Source: an uncultured Gammaproteobacteria bacterium
GTDB lineage: Bacteria > Patescibacteriota > Microgenomatia > Levybacterales > GWA1-39-11
Length of the DNA stretch: 64,000 nucleotides
Assembly: GCA_964627245.1 (NCBI GenBank)
Contig: CAZVGS010000003.1
Location: 47,551 to 111,550 of the forward strand
Direction: 5' to 3'
Shown: positions 1 to 8,123 of the stretch, one piece after another
How positions within the stretch are numbered: the first letter of the stretch is position 1
How the letters are laid out: every line of letters starts with the position of its first letter
The notes under the pieces: generated by a model
Database searches by the model: none
Told to the model about the DNA's origin: nothing
Seen by the model: the letters and a program-made list of their open reading frames with translations, nothing else
Program-made: the position numbers and the translations under genes

Positions 1-107
1 GTCTTCTCATCTGAAGTTTTGGTTGTGTAATTTTGTCCGGAAATTACAAAGTAAACGGCGATAATAGTCAATACAATTATTGGTAAAATGATTTTAATAC
101 GTTTCAT
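1..107 (-). CDS. Partial CDS running off the window start; N-terminal TM/signal segment (MKRIKIILPIIVLTIIAVYFVISG...)
   Basis: Manual translation from ATG at 107; TATACT 7 nt upstream; hydrophobic N-terminus. Confidence 0.6.
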   Translation of the reverse strand, partial: MKRIKIILPIIVLTIIAVYFVISGQNYTTKTSDEK

Positions 108-209
108 CAAGCTGAGTATAGCCGAAAAAGAATGAACAAAACAAGAGTTTGTGTGGTCACCTATTTGACCAACACTTCAAGAAGTGCCACTATCCAAATT
201 AAAGACTTA

Positions 210-1223
210 TCAAGGGAGGATTTTTTTAAGCGGGGTTTTTTGAAAAAGAAATACAACAAAGAATGTAATTAGAAAATATATAAGTCCCATAGAAATTCCA
301 GTGAGGCTTGGATGCAGTTGAGAAATTCCGTTTTTGAAGGTTGTTAAGTAAGGATCCAGGAATTGTCCTATCGGCTGATGAATAATATAAATTCCAAGAC
401 TAGCAAGGCTCATTTTTGTGACTAGACTGGTCAGCTTTGCATTAATTTTTTTTCGTTTTATAAATAGTTTGTAGATTATCAAAAAGAGAGAAACAGACAA
501 TAATGCAACATTTGGTGAAAGATATGAAAATATCAATTCATACGGTTTACCCAAGATAATTTCAAGAAAAGTTAGGGATATCCCAAATGAAAAAAGTGTA
601 AAAAGTAACGGCATCGAGAACCTTTTTTTATAATCATTGATTAAAATATATCCAAGTAGAAAATATCCGCTGAAAAGAACAGCCTGGATTAAAATTCCAT
701 TTTGATCAACAGGAAAAGCAAGGCTATTGTGAAGGAATGGAAAAATTGAAGCAAATGCGACGAACAGTGTGGTCAAATAAACTCTATCGATTTTGCTGCT
801 TTTTTGAATAAATACCCTCCAAACTGGAGTTAAAAGATAAATACTTACAATAAGAGGCAAAAACCACAATTTTGTAAGAAGAGTTAATTCAAAATAATAT
901 TTCCATTCGGAAAGAGTTGTGCCTTCAAAGTCTCCCAGATAGTATCCCATGCCCATAAATATAAAAGTCCATGCTATCCAGGGAAAGACCACTTTTAAGA
1001 CTCTTTTCTTGAAAAACAGAGCATATGGCTCTTTCTTTCCGAGAAGAAGAGCACCGCTTAGCATTACAAAAAGCGGTATTGAAGTTTTGGCAAGCGCAAA
1101 AATAACATAAGAAATGACGCCTGAAAAATTCAGTCCCTGCGGAAGGGCTGAATTATGAATTACAACGACAAAATAAATCGCTATAACTCTTAGAATATCC
1201 GCCCAAAAAAAACGCTCTTTCAT
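210..1223 (-). CDS. Acyltransferase family 3 (WecH/OafA-like surface-polysaccharide O-acyltransferase)
   Basis: D-ILRVIA..VVVIH, PLFVMLSGALL, LWFL and SLGIYIIH motifs; multi-TM. Confidence 0.9.
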   Translation of the reverse strand: MKERFFWADILRVIAIYFVVVIHNSALPQGLNFSGVISYVIFALAKTSIPLFVMLSGALLLGKKEPYALFFKKRVLKVVFPWIAWTFIFMGMGYYLGDFEGTTLSEWKYYFELTLLTKLWFLPLIVSIYLLTPVWRVFIQKSSKIDRVYLTTLFVAFASIFPFLHNSLAFPVDQNGILIQAVLFSGYFLLGYILINDYKKRFSMPLLFTLFSFGISLTFLEIILGKPYELIFSYLSPNVALLSVSLFLIIYKLFIKRKKINAKLTSLVTKMSLASLGIYIIHQPIGQFLDPYLTTFKNGISQLHPSLTGISMGLIYFLITFFVVFLFQKTPLKKILP

Positions 1224-1351
1224 TTATGTCATTTTATCCTACCCGGCAAAAGAGTCAAATGATTTTGGGGGTTTGATAAGGTTTTTGTAAGGCAAATTTG
1301 ACTCTCGGTGAACTTGACAGCAGGCAAAAATTTTTATAGCGTTATAAATAT

Positions 1352-1723
1352 ATGGTCCGTGAAATAAAGGGTAGGAATTTATTAGATAAGGTAAAATCCT
1401 CTTCAAAGACACCCTTTTTTATGCCTGTTCTTTTTCTCCTTTTTTTAGTTGTAACAATTCCGGTCATTACTTTTATTACTTCAAGACCTATAGATATTCG
1501 TCAAAGGGCTGCAACTTTTCGTGAAATGGCTATGAATAATGCTCAATCCAGCACGGGAGCCTTCACATCGGTTGATCTCGAAAAGAACGGATTTAAAAAT
1601 TTAGATTTAATCAGCTTTTTAGGCTTTGGGAATTTAGTATTGTTGGTTTCTGTTTCAACTCTCGTGATAACAGTATTAGTTCTGGGGCGCGTTTTTTATT
1701 GGAAGAGTAAGCATTCAAGATAG
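1352..1723 (+). CDS. Hypothetical membrane protein
   Basis: 123-aa ORF with two TM segments and a 'DIRQRA' motif after the first; TTGACA upstream. Confidence 0.65.
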   Translation: MVREIKGRNLLDKVKSSSKTPFFMPVLFLLFLVVTIPVITFITSRPIDIRQRAATFREMAMNNAQSSTGAFTSVDLEKNGFKNLDLISFLGFGNLVLLVSVSTLVITVLVLGRVFYWKSKHSR

Positions 1724-1835
1724 GCAAATCTTCATAGAAAATTATTTTTTGCTTTGTCTTTAAGAACTAAGAGTTGTATATGATAACCTTATACAATAAT
1801 TCAAAAAGATTTTGAATGAGTTTTGTTATTGAATA

Positions 1836-2729
1836 ATGAATAATAATACATTTGATAGTCTAAAAAAAAGGATTGAGGCTAGGCATAGCGAAGTAAAAAG
1901 AAATCTTATAGACAAGCACTGGGATGCGTTTTCTTGGGCATCAAATAATACAAAACAAATCGCCGCAGGTGCTCTTGGCAGTCTATTGCTCCTAACAACG
2001 CCGGGCAGTCAACCAGTCCTTGCACAAAATAATGTTGATAACAATAGGTTTGTGGATGTTCCGGACAATCTATTTATGGTTTCGGATATTAATAATTATC
2101 TTCCAGATGAGGTGGGCGTACTACTTCCTGCACAGGAAAATAAAATTGCGCAAGTCTTGTCAGGATACTATGGTTTTTCGGTTAAGGCTGAGATGGATGG
2201 CAAACGATTAAAGCATACATATGGATATATTGGCGCAGAACAGCATCTGATGCGGTATCCGGGAGACACTATGGAAGGTCATTTTGACAATCCAGAGGAT
2301 GAAGCAAAATATTATTCGTCCGGCATGGCGCCTGGAAGAGGTGGATTTGGATATTTCGCGCATTCTAAAAATGAATTGACGCAGCAAGATATTGATCGGG
2401 AAAAGTACTATATCGCAGTCCAAACTTTCCTGGTTGATGATTACTCATCACGAACAAGAGAATATGTTGTTTTTTTTAAGTATAGAAAAATGCTTGTTGT
2501 AAATCCCAACACCGGAAGGGCGGTTGTTGCCGTAATAGGAGATGCGGGTCCTGCTGTGTGGACAAAAAAACATTTGGGAGGATCACCTGAAGTAATGAAG
2601 CATTTAGAGAGAGTGGATGGGAAGGCACGAGGTGCTGTGCTATACTTTTTTATTGAGGATCCGGAAGATAAAATACCTTTGGGCCCAATCGATCCTATAG
2701 ATGCCAAAGAATTGGCTAGTACAAACTAG
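1836..2729 (+). CDS. Hypothetical secreted protein with a C-terminal RlpA/double-psi beta-barrel-like segment
   Basis: 297 aa; VNPNTGRAVVAVIGDAGP...GGSPEVM resembles the RlpA 'N..G.sv.v.i.DRGP...DLS' pattern. Confidence 0.6.
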   Translation: MNNNTFDSLKKRIEARHSEVKRNLIDKHWDAFSWASNNTKQIAAGALGSLLLLTTPGSQPVLAQNNVDNNRFVDVPDNLFMVSDINNYLPDEVGVLLPAQENKIAQVLSGYYGFSVKAEMDGKRLKHTYGYIGAEQHLMRYPGDTMEGHFDNPEDEAKYYSSGMAPGRGGFGYFAHSKNELTQQDIDREKYYIAVQTFLVDDYSSRTREYVVFFKYRKMLVVNPNTGRAVVAVIGDAGPAVWTKKHLGGSPEVMKHLERVDGKARGAVLYFFIEDPEDKIPLGPIDPIDAKELASTN

Positions 2730-2731
2730 AT

Positions 2732-3052
2732 ATGGCAAAACATTTTTTTAGTCATTTAATAGAAGTTGATACATTGCACCTGGCGCTTGATGGTCATCAG
2801 CTGGAAGATGATCAGAAGGAAGAACTAAAAAGACTTTTAGATGAGAGTATATATCACACAGTTTTAGAAACCATACTCTCAGAGTTGTCAGAAGATGATA
2901 AGAAGATTTTTTTGTCTCACCTGATGGAGGATGAGCACGGTAAAATCTGGGAATTTGTCAATAGCAAGGTCGAAAATATTGAGGAAAAAATCGTAAAAGC
3001 CTCGGAGGATATAAAGCAAAAACTCCACTCCGATATAAAAATAAATAAATGA
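2732..3052 (+). CDS. Hypothetical helical protein
   Basis: 106-aa ORF tightly coupled to both neighbours. Confidence 0.7.
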   Translation: MAKHFFSHLIEVDTLHLALDGHQLEDDQKEELKRLLDESIYHTVLETILSELSEDDKKIFLSHLMEDEHGKIWEFVNSKVENIEEKIVKASEDIKQKLHSDIKINK

Positions 3053-3597
3053 GTAAGGCTGACAAACTCCGGGATATTGCCCAAGAAATTGAGGAATGCA
3101 TTGAGTGCAGGATTGGTAAAAGCGGTAAGGCTGTTGCGGGTGAAGGAAATCCAAATGCCGATATAATGTTTGTCGGAGAGGCGCCGGGCAGGACAGAAGC
3201 AGTAACGGGCAGACCGTTTGTTGGAAGGTCAGGCAAGCTTCTAAGAGAACTGATCAATGAAGCAGGTCTTTTTGAAGAACAGGTTTATATAACAAGTCCT
3301 GTAAAATATTTGCCTGATTATCTTACTCCAAAGCCTTCAGACATTGAGCACGGGCTGACTCACTTTGAAAAACAGATCAAAGTAATTGACCCGAAATTTA
3401 TTGTTTTATTAGGACGTGTTGCATGTTTGGCTGTATTAAAGAAGAAAATCTCAGTTGTTTTGGAGCATGGGTCAATAGTAAAAGATAACAACAGGGATTA
3501 TTTTATTACCGTTCATCCGGCAGCTGCTTTGAGGTTTAAGAAGATGAAAGTCTTTCTTGAAGAGGATTTTAAGATTTTGAGAGAGCTTATTTCTTAG
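3049..3597 (+). CDS. Uracil-DNA glycosylase, family 4
   Basis: CxxC, GEGN, VGEAPG, GRPFVGRSGKLL and HPAAALR motifs. Confidence 0.92.
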   Translation: MSKADKLRDIAQEIEECIECRIGKSGKAVAGEGNPNADIMFVGEAPGRTEAVTGRPFVGRSGKLLRELINEAGLFEEQVYITSPVKYLPDYLTPKPSDIEHGLTHFEKQIKVIDPKFIVLLGRVACLAVLKKKISVVLEHGSIVKDNNRDYFITVHPAAALRFKKMKVFLEEDFKILRELIS

Positions 3598-4075
3598 ACT
3601 TATTATCACTTCTTACAAATCTCCAGTACCCCAAAAATATTGCAACTATAAGCGAAATTGAAACTACAATGAAGCGGAACATCTCATCTCCCGCGCTAAA
3701 CCCTTTGACAACTGCGTAAATAAGAGTAATAACTCCGCCAAGCATAAGTCCATCTGACAAGTACATGATCCTACTCAGCAATGTAATGCTTATAATAAGT
3801 ATAAAAAGAGAAGCAGCGATAACAATTGCTGAAACATTCTTGTTGTAGGTTTCTATAGCCTTTTGAAAATCTCTTGACTCCTGTTCGTAATCAGCGCGTT
3901 TCTGGATCATTTCTGCTGATTCACTTACTTCACCATTAGGTGTCATTGTCACAGGTTTTGTTTCAATAGGATACTCCGGATACTTCGGAGCTTTGTAAAA
4001 TGCGGCAATGCCTACACCGACAAAGGTTACTATCAAAACCGCTAAGAATATCGAATACAAATATTTTAAGAGCAT
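3587..4075 (-). CDS. Hypothetical membrane protein (about 4 TM)
   Basis: 162-aa ORF with hydrophobic segments; abuts the MazG-like gene. Confidence 0.75.
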   Translation of the reverse strand: MLLKYLYSIFLAVLIVTFVGVGIAAFYKAPKYPEYPIETKPVTMTPNGEVSESAEMIQKRADYEQESRDFQKAIETYNKNVSAIVIAASLFILIISITLLSRIMYLSDGLMLGGVITLIYAVVKGFSAGDEMFRFIVVSISLIVAIFLGYWRFVRSDNKSKK

Positions 4076-4407
4076 TAGTGATCTTTATTATACCTCTTTT
4101 CAATTTTTATAAGTTTGTCATTTAGCGCCCTTTCAATATCGACCTTAGCGACAGCGGCTAATTGCATTGTAGTTATTATCACATCAGCAAACTCTTCATA
4201 AAAATTTCTCTTGTCAAATTTTTCCAATTTGGATTTCCTCTGTAACTTCAGTACGGATAGTATGTCGTTGCATAACTCTCCAACTTCTTCATTAAGCTTT
4301 ATAGTTTTGGTTAAAATCTCTTTTTCTTCCTGGGAATAGAGTTTGTAATGAGGTTTTGCTACGGCATTCAACTTATTTATTCTTTGCTGAAGTTTTTTAA
4401 TGTCCAT
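4075..4407 (-). CDS. MazG-like nucleotide pyrophosphohydrolase
   Basis: KLNEEVGEL...EEFADV motif; start reassigned to ATG 4407 (TATACT 6 nt upstream). Confidence 0.85.
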   Translation of the reverse strand: MDIKKLQQRINKLNAVAKPHYKLYSQEEKEILTKTIKLNEEVGELCNDILSVLKLQRKSKLEKFDKRNFYEEFADVIITTMQLAAVAKVDIERALNDKLIKIEKRYNKDH

Positions 4408-4445
4408 CTTTATAGTATACACCGTGCTGTATAATTTAATCTGAT

Positions 4446-4820
4446 ATGGGAAGAAGGAAAAAAGTTGAAGAGGAGAGAGTTGAAGATGAGGTTGTGATGC
4501 GGTGGAGCAAAAACAAAATCGCAATCGCAACCGTAGTCGTTGTTTTGATAATCTTTGGAGGACTTTATGCAATTTCACTAATGAGCCAAAACCCAAAGGT
4601 TTTGGGTGAGAAATCAGTTGACAAGCCCAAAATTAAGTTACCTGATGAAAATGATGTGGAGGAAATTTTGGAAAACGCGCAAGACGAGTTATCAAACATT
4701 AATGCGAAAGATATTTTGCAGTCCCAGCCGAAAATAAAAAAAATAATTGACGATTTGACTTCTTTAACAGGTTCTTCAGTCAGCGCAAAATCACTTATAT
4801 GCGACTCTTTGTGCAAATAG
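4446..4820 (+). CDS. Hypothetical single-TM protein with C-terminal CxxxC
   Basis: 124-aa ORF, one TM helix, ends ICDSLCK. Confidence 0.7.
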   Translation: MGRRKKVEEERVEDEVVMRWSKNKIAIATVVVVLIIFGGLYAISLMSQNPKVLGEKSVDKPKIKLPDENDVEEILENAQDELSNINAKDILQSQPKIKKIIDDLTSLTGSSVSAKSLICDSLCK

Positions 4821-4847
4821 CCTCTGTTATTAAGTTATAATAAGTTC

Positions 4848-5855
4848 ATGGAAGATTTAAAAAAAAGGGCTGAAATTGTTCTTGAAAAATTGGATATTGA
4901 GAGAAAAAGGATTCGCTTTAAGGAAATCGAAGCAGAATCAGCAAATCCCGACTTCTGGAAAGACACCGAAAAAGCGTCAAAACTGATGCAGGAAATGGGC
5001 AGACTTCAAAAAGAGATCGGAAGTTATGAAAAAATTCAGGAAATATTAAAAAGTGGGGACTATAAATTTCTGGAAGATCCCTTAAGGGAAATCGAGATAA
5101 ACCTTTACCTCTCAGGACCTCTAGACAGTGCAAATGCTATTTTGAGCATTCACGCAGGGCAAGGCGGGGTTGATGCAATGGATTTTGCATCGATGCTCTC
5201 TAGGATGTATCAAAGGTATTTTGAGAGAAAGGGATATAAATTTGAAGTAATAGACCAGTCAAATGGCGAGGAGGCAGGAATAAAATATATTGATTATTTA
5301 GTTGAGGGTGAATTCTCATATGGTTATCTAAAGGGAGAAAACGGAACTCACAGACTGGTTAGGCTTTCCCCATTTAATGCAAATAATTTAAGGCAAACCT
5401 CCTTTGCTCTGGTTGAAGTTTTGCCCCAAACCGATGATGATAATACAGTTAAGCTAAATGATGACGATCTTGAATGGGATTTTTATAGAGCATCATCACA
5501 CGGCGGACAAAACGTTCAGAAAGTGTCAAGTGCCGTCAGAGTTACACACAAAACTTCAGGAATAGTTGTTACGTGTCAAACGGAGCGTTACCAAAATCAA
5601 AATAGGGAGTATGCATTAAAAGTTCTTCGGGCAAGGCTCTTGGCAAAAGCAGAAGAAGAAAGGATTATGGAGGAGAAGAAACTCAAAGGGGATTATAAAC
5701 CTGCGTCTTGGGGGAATCAGATCAGGAATTATGTGCTTCACCCATACAAAATGGTAAAAGACTTAAGAACCAATGTCGAAACTTCCAATACCGAGTCTGT
5801 TTTGGACGGTGATATAGACATATTTATAGAGGCAGAACTCAAAGAACTCGCATAA
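4848..5855 (+). CDS. prfB: Peptide chain release factor 2 (single uninterrupted frame)
   Basis: SPF tripeptide (RLSPFN), GGQ motif, WGNQIRNYVLHPY. Confidence 0.97.
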   Translation: MEDLKKRAEIVLEKLDIERKRIRFKEIEAESANPDFWKDTEKASKLMQEMGRLQKEIGSYEKIQEILKSGDYKFLEDPLREIEINLYLSGPLDSANAILSIHAGQGGVDAMDFASMLSRMYQRYFERKGYKFEVIDQSNGEEAGIKYIDYLVEGEFSYGYLKGENGTHRLVRLSPFNANNLRQTSFALVEVLPQTDDDNTVKLNDDDLEWDFYRASSHGGQNVQKVSSAVRVTHKTSGIVVTCQTERYQNQNREYALKVLRARLLAKAEEERIMEEKKLKGDYKPASWGNQIRNYVLHPYKMVKDLRTNVETSNTESVLDGDIDIFIEAELKELA

Positions 5856-5934
5856 TTAAAAAGTCAAAATATGGTTATAGTTTGTGACTGAACCATATCT
5901 CCTTGCTTGATTAAAAGGTCAAAATATGGTTATA
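5855..5934. repeat. 25-bp direct repeat pair (1 mismatch) with an internal inverted copy of the core
   Basis: attaaaaagtcaaaatatggttata (5855-5879) and attaaaaggtcaaaatatggttata (5910-5934); aaccatat (5891-5898) is the reverse complement of atatggtt. Confidence 0.85.
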
Positions 5935-5945
5935 TTAAGAGTTGT

Positions 5946-6428
5946 ATGGAAGAGAAAAATCTGCCAAAAAAGGGTCTAATTCATGAGCTTGAACCTCGTC
6001 AGAAAAAAAGACAAAAAATAGGCAATCCCGTGACAAAATCGGTCATTTTTACAATTTTAATCATGTTGTTTCTTGGGGTTGGAACCGGATATATTGCATC
6101 AACCGTTTCAGATAATTCAGCAAAAGGACCTGTTTCGATCGAAGGCGATCTTGATTCCGGGGACATAAAAAAAGGAGTCTCGGTTGGTGTCGATGATGCT
6201 GAGCATTTTCCCGATACAGCAGAAGGGGCACTAAGAGACGGAGGAATTGATGGAGAAGGAGCTTATCATTTAGAAAGACCCGGAGGTGAATCTCAAAATG
6301 TTTATTTAACCTCTGCTGTAGTTGATCTATCACAATTCATTGGGAAAAAAGTCAAAGTGTGGGGACAAACCCAAACTGCACGAAAAGCAGGGTGGCTAAT
6401 GGATGTTGGAAAAGTGGAGGTAAAATAA
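5946..6428 (+). CDS. Hypothetical single-TM protein with a small beta-rich (OB-fold-like) C-terminal domain
   Basis: TM helix followed by HLERPGG..VYLTS..DLSQFIGKKVKVWG; ATG 5946 preferred over TTG 5907. Confidence 0.7.
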   Translation: MEEKNLPKKGLIHELEPRQKKRQKIGNPVTKSVIFTILIMLFLGVGTGYIASTVSDNSAKGPVSIEGDLDSGDIKKGVSVGVDDAEHFPDTAEGALRDGGIDGEGAYHLERPGGESQNVYLTSAVVDLSQFIGKKVKVWGQTQTARKAGWLMDVGKVEVK

Positions 6429-6445
6429 GTTTTTCATGATCAATA

Positions 6446-7243
6446 ATGATACATTTTGCGAACGTATCCAAACAATACTACTCTGATCTTGCTCTTGATG
6501 GGCTAACTTTTACTATTGATAAAGGGGATTTCGTGTTTTTAGTCGGCCCGACAGGCAGCGGAAAAACAACAATATTTAGGTTAATAATTAGAGATCTTCT
6601 TCCAACAGATGGTAAAATCACAATAGGAGAAATTGACCTCAAAAAGCTTCCGGGTAAGAAAGTTAGGCAGCTACGAAGAAATGTGGGGGTAATTTTTCAA
6701 GACCTCAAGTTGCTGCAGGATAGAACCGTTGGTGAAAACGTAATGCTGCCACTACAATTTTCGGGGGTAAAAGAAAAAGATGCGATGGAGCGTGCGCATG
6801 AAGTATTGGAAAGTGTTGGGCTTAAAGATGCTTTTAACAAATTCCCGCTACAGCTTTCAGGTGGAGAACGTCAAAGGGTAGCCATTGCCCGCGCTTTAGT
6901 TTTTGACCCTGAAGTGATTTTAGCCGATGAACCTACCGGGAATTTAGACCTTGTTACGAGTATGCAAATACTTGGTCTTTTAGATGAAATAAATAAAAAA
7001 GGTACAACTATATTTATGGCTACACACAATGATAGGATAATAGACACAACACAAAAGAGGGTATTGGTGCTGGATAAAGGAAAACTTAAAGAAGATAGAA
7101 AGAAAAAGGGTGAAGCCATTTCTCGCAAAAATGAGTACCATAGTCAGAGTGCCTCTCATTCCATAAAACCAAAGGAGGAAGAAAGGAAAGAAGAGAAAAA
7201 GCCTAGCAAAGACACTATCAAGCTAGAAGATCTAAAACAGTAA
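6446..7243 (+). CDS. ftsE: Cell division ATP-binding protein FtsE (with charged C-terminal tail)
   Basis: Walker A GPTGSGKT, LSGGERQR, DEPTGNLD; adjacent ftsX. Confidence 0.93.
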   Translation: MIHFANVSKQYYSDLALDGLTFTIDKGDFVFLVGPTGSGKTTIFRLIIRDLLPTDGKITIGEIDLKKLPGKKVRQLRRNVGVIFQDLKLLQDRTVGENVMLPLQFSGVKEKDAMERAHEVLESVGLKDAFNKFPLQLSGGERQRVAIARALVFDPEVILADEPTGNLDLVTSMQILGLLDEINKKGTTIFMATHNDRIIDTTQKRVLVLDKGKLKEDRKKKGEAISRKNEYHSQSASHSIKPKEEERKEEKKPSKDTIKLEDLKQ

Positions 7244-7254
7244 GAAAAATAGAT

Positions 7255-8121
7255 ATGCACGTACAAACAGTAGCAAAATACATAAGACGCTCTCCATATC
7301 AGTCGGTTGCTGCAATTCTAATAATGGCTTTGACTTTTCTGACAATTTCAGTTTTTGCAATATTAACAATTATTTCAGTACGTGTTATTAACTATTTTGA
7401 AACAAGACCTCAGCTTTCAGTTTTTTTTAAGCAAGAGGCGTCAAGTGGTGAAATTAATGCCTTGAGGGATCAAATCAAAAAAACAGGAATGGCAAAAACT
7501 ATTAAATATGTTTCGAAAGAGGAAGCTCTCTCAATTTACAAACAGCAAAATCAAGGAGACCCATTGCTTCTAGATCTAGTAACGGCGGACATTTTACCTG
7601 CCTCGCTCGACGTTCAGGCAAATGAAGCTACTCAGCTTGATGACCTGGCGCGGCTTGCCAAGAGCTCGAAGGCGGTTGACGAAGTAGTCTTTCAGAAAGA
7701 TATTGTTGATACTTTGATACGTTTTACAAATGGACTCCGGCAGATAGGTATGGTTATAATCGGTGTTTTGTTGCTTGTTAGTATCTTTGTAATACTGACA
7801 ATAATAGGAATAAAAATAACAGTTAGAAAAGATGAGATCGAGATAATGAAGCTTATAGGTGCATCCAATTGGTTTATACGCACCCCATTTTTACTTGAGG
7901 GTATTTTCTATGGTGCTTTGGGGGCACTAATTGGTTGGGGTATATCTTTTGGAGTACTCCAATTTTATGCATCACCGCATATCAATTCTTTTTTCGGATC
8001 GGTTCCAGTTCTTCCCATTGAGCCGATTTTAATTTTTCAAGTCCTTGGCATACTATTTGTTGCCGCGGTAATTCTTGGTGCTTTTTCGAGCTTTTTGGCA
8101 GTTCTTCGTTACTTGAAGTAG
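7255..8121 (+). CDS. ftsX: Cell division permease FtsX
   Basis: YVSKEEAL and EIEIMKLIGASNWFIRTPFLLEG motifs; 4 TM. Confidence 0.93.
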   Translation: MHVQTVAKYIRRSPYQSVAAILIMALTFLTISVFAILTIISVRVINYFETRPQLSVFFKQEASSGEINALRDQIKKTGMAKTIKYVSKEEALSIYKQQNQGDPLLLDLVTADILPASLDVQANEATQLDDLARLAKSSKAVDEVVFQKDIVDTLIRFTNGLRQIGMVIIGVLLLVSIFVILTIIGIKITVRKDEIEIMKLIGASNWFIRTPFLLEGIFYGALGALIGWGISFGVLQFYASPHINSFFGSVPVLPIEPILIFQVLGILFVAAVILGAFSSFLAVLRYLK

Positions 8122-8123
8122 TC

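Noticed and set aside
154-186. Two small hairpins (tggtca/tgacca and cacttc/gaagtg) after the acyltransferase stop
   Set aside because: Six-bp stems compatible with chance or a weak terminator
4075-4407. MazG-like, 2H and NUDIX genes as an anti-phage defence system
   Set aside because: They are dispersed among housekeeping genes with no sensor/effector partners nearby
4408-4596. N-terminal extension of the MazG-like ORF in the track
   Set aside because: Overlaps the divergent 4446 gene; the likely start is ATG 4407 with its own -10 element
5855-5934. Two 25-bp repeats with a 30-bp spacer as a mini-CRISPR
   Set aside because: Only two copies, no cas genes in the window, and the spacer is partly complementary to the repeat; kept as a regulatory candidate instead
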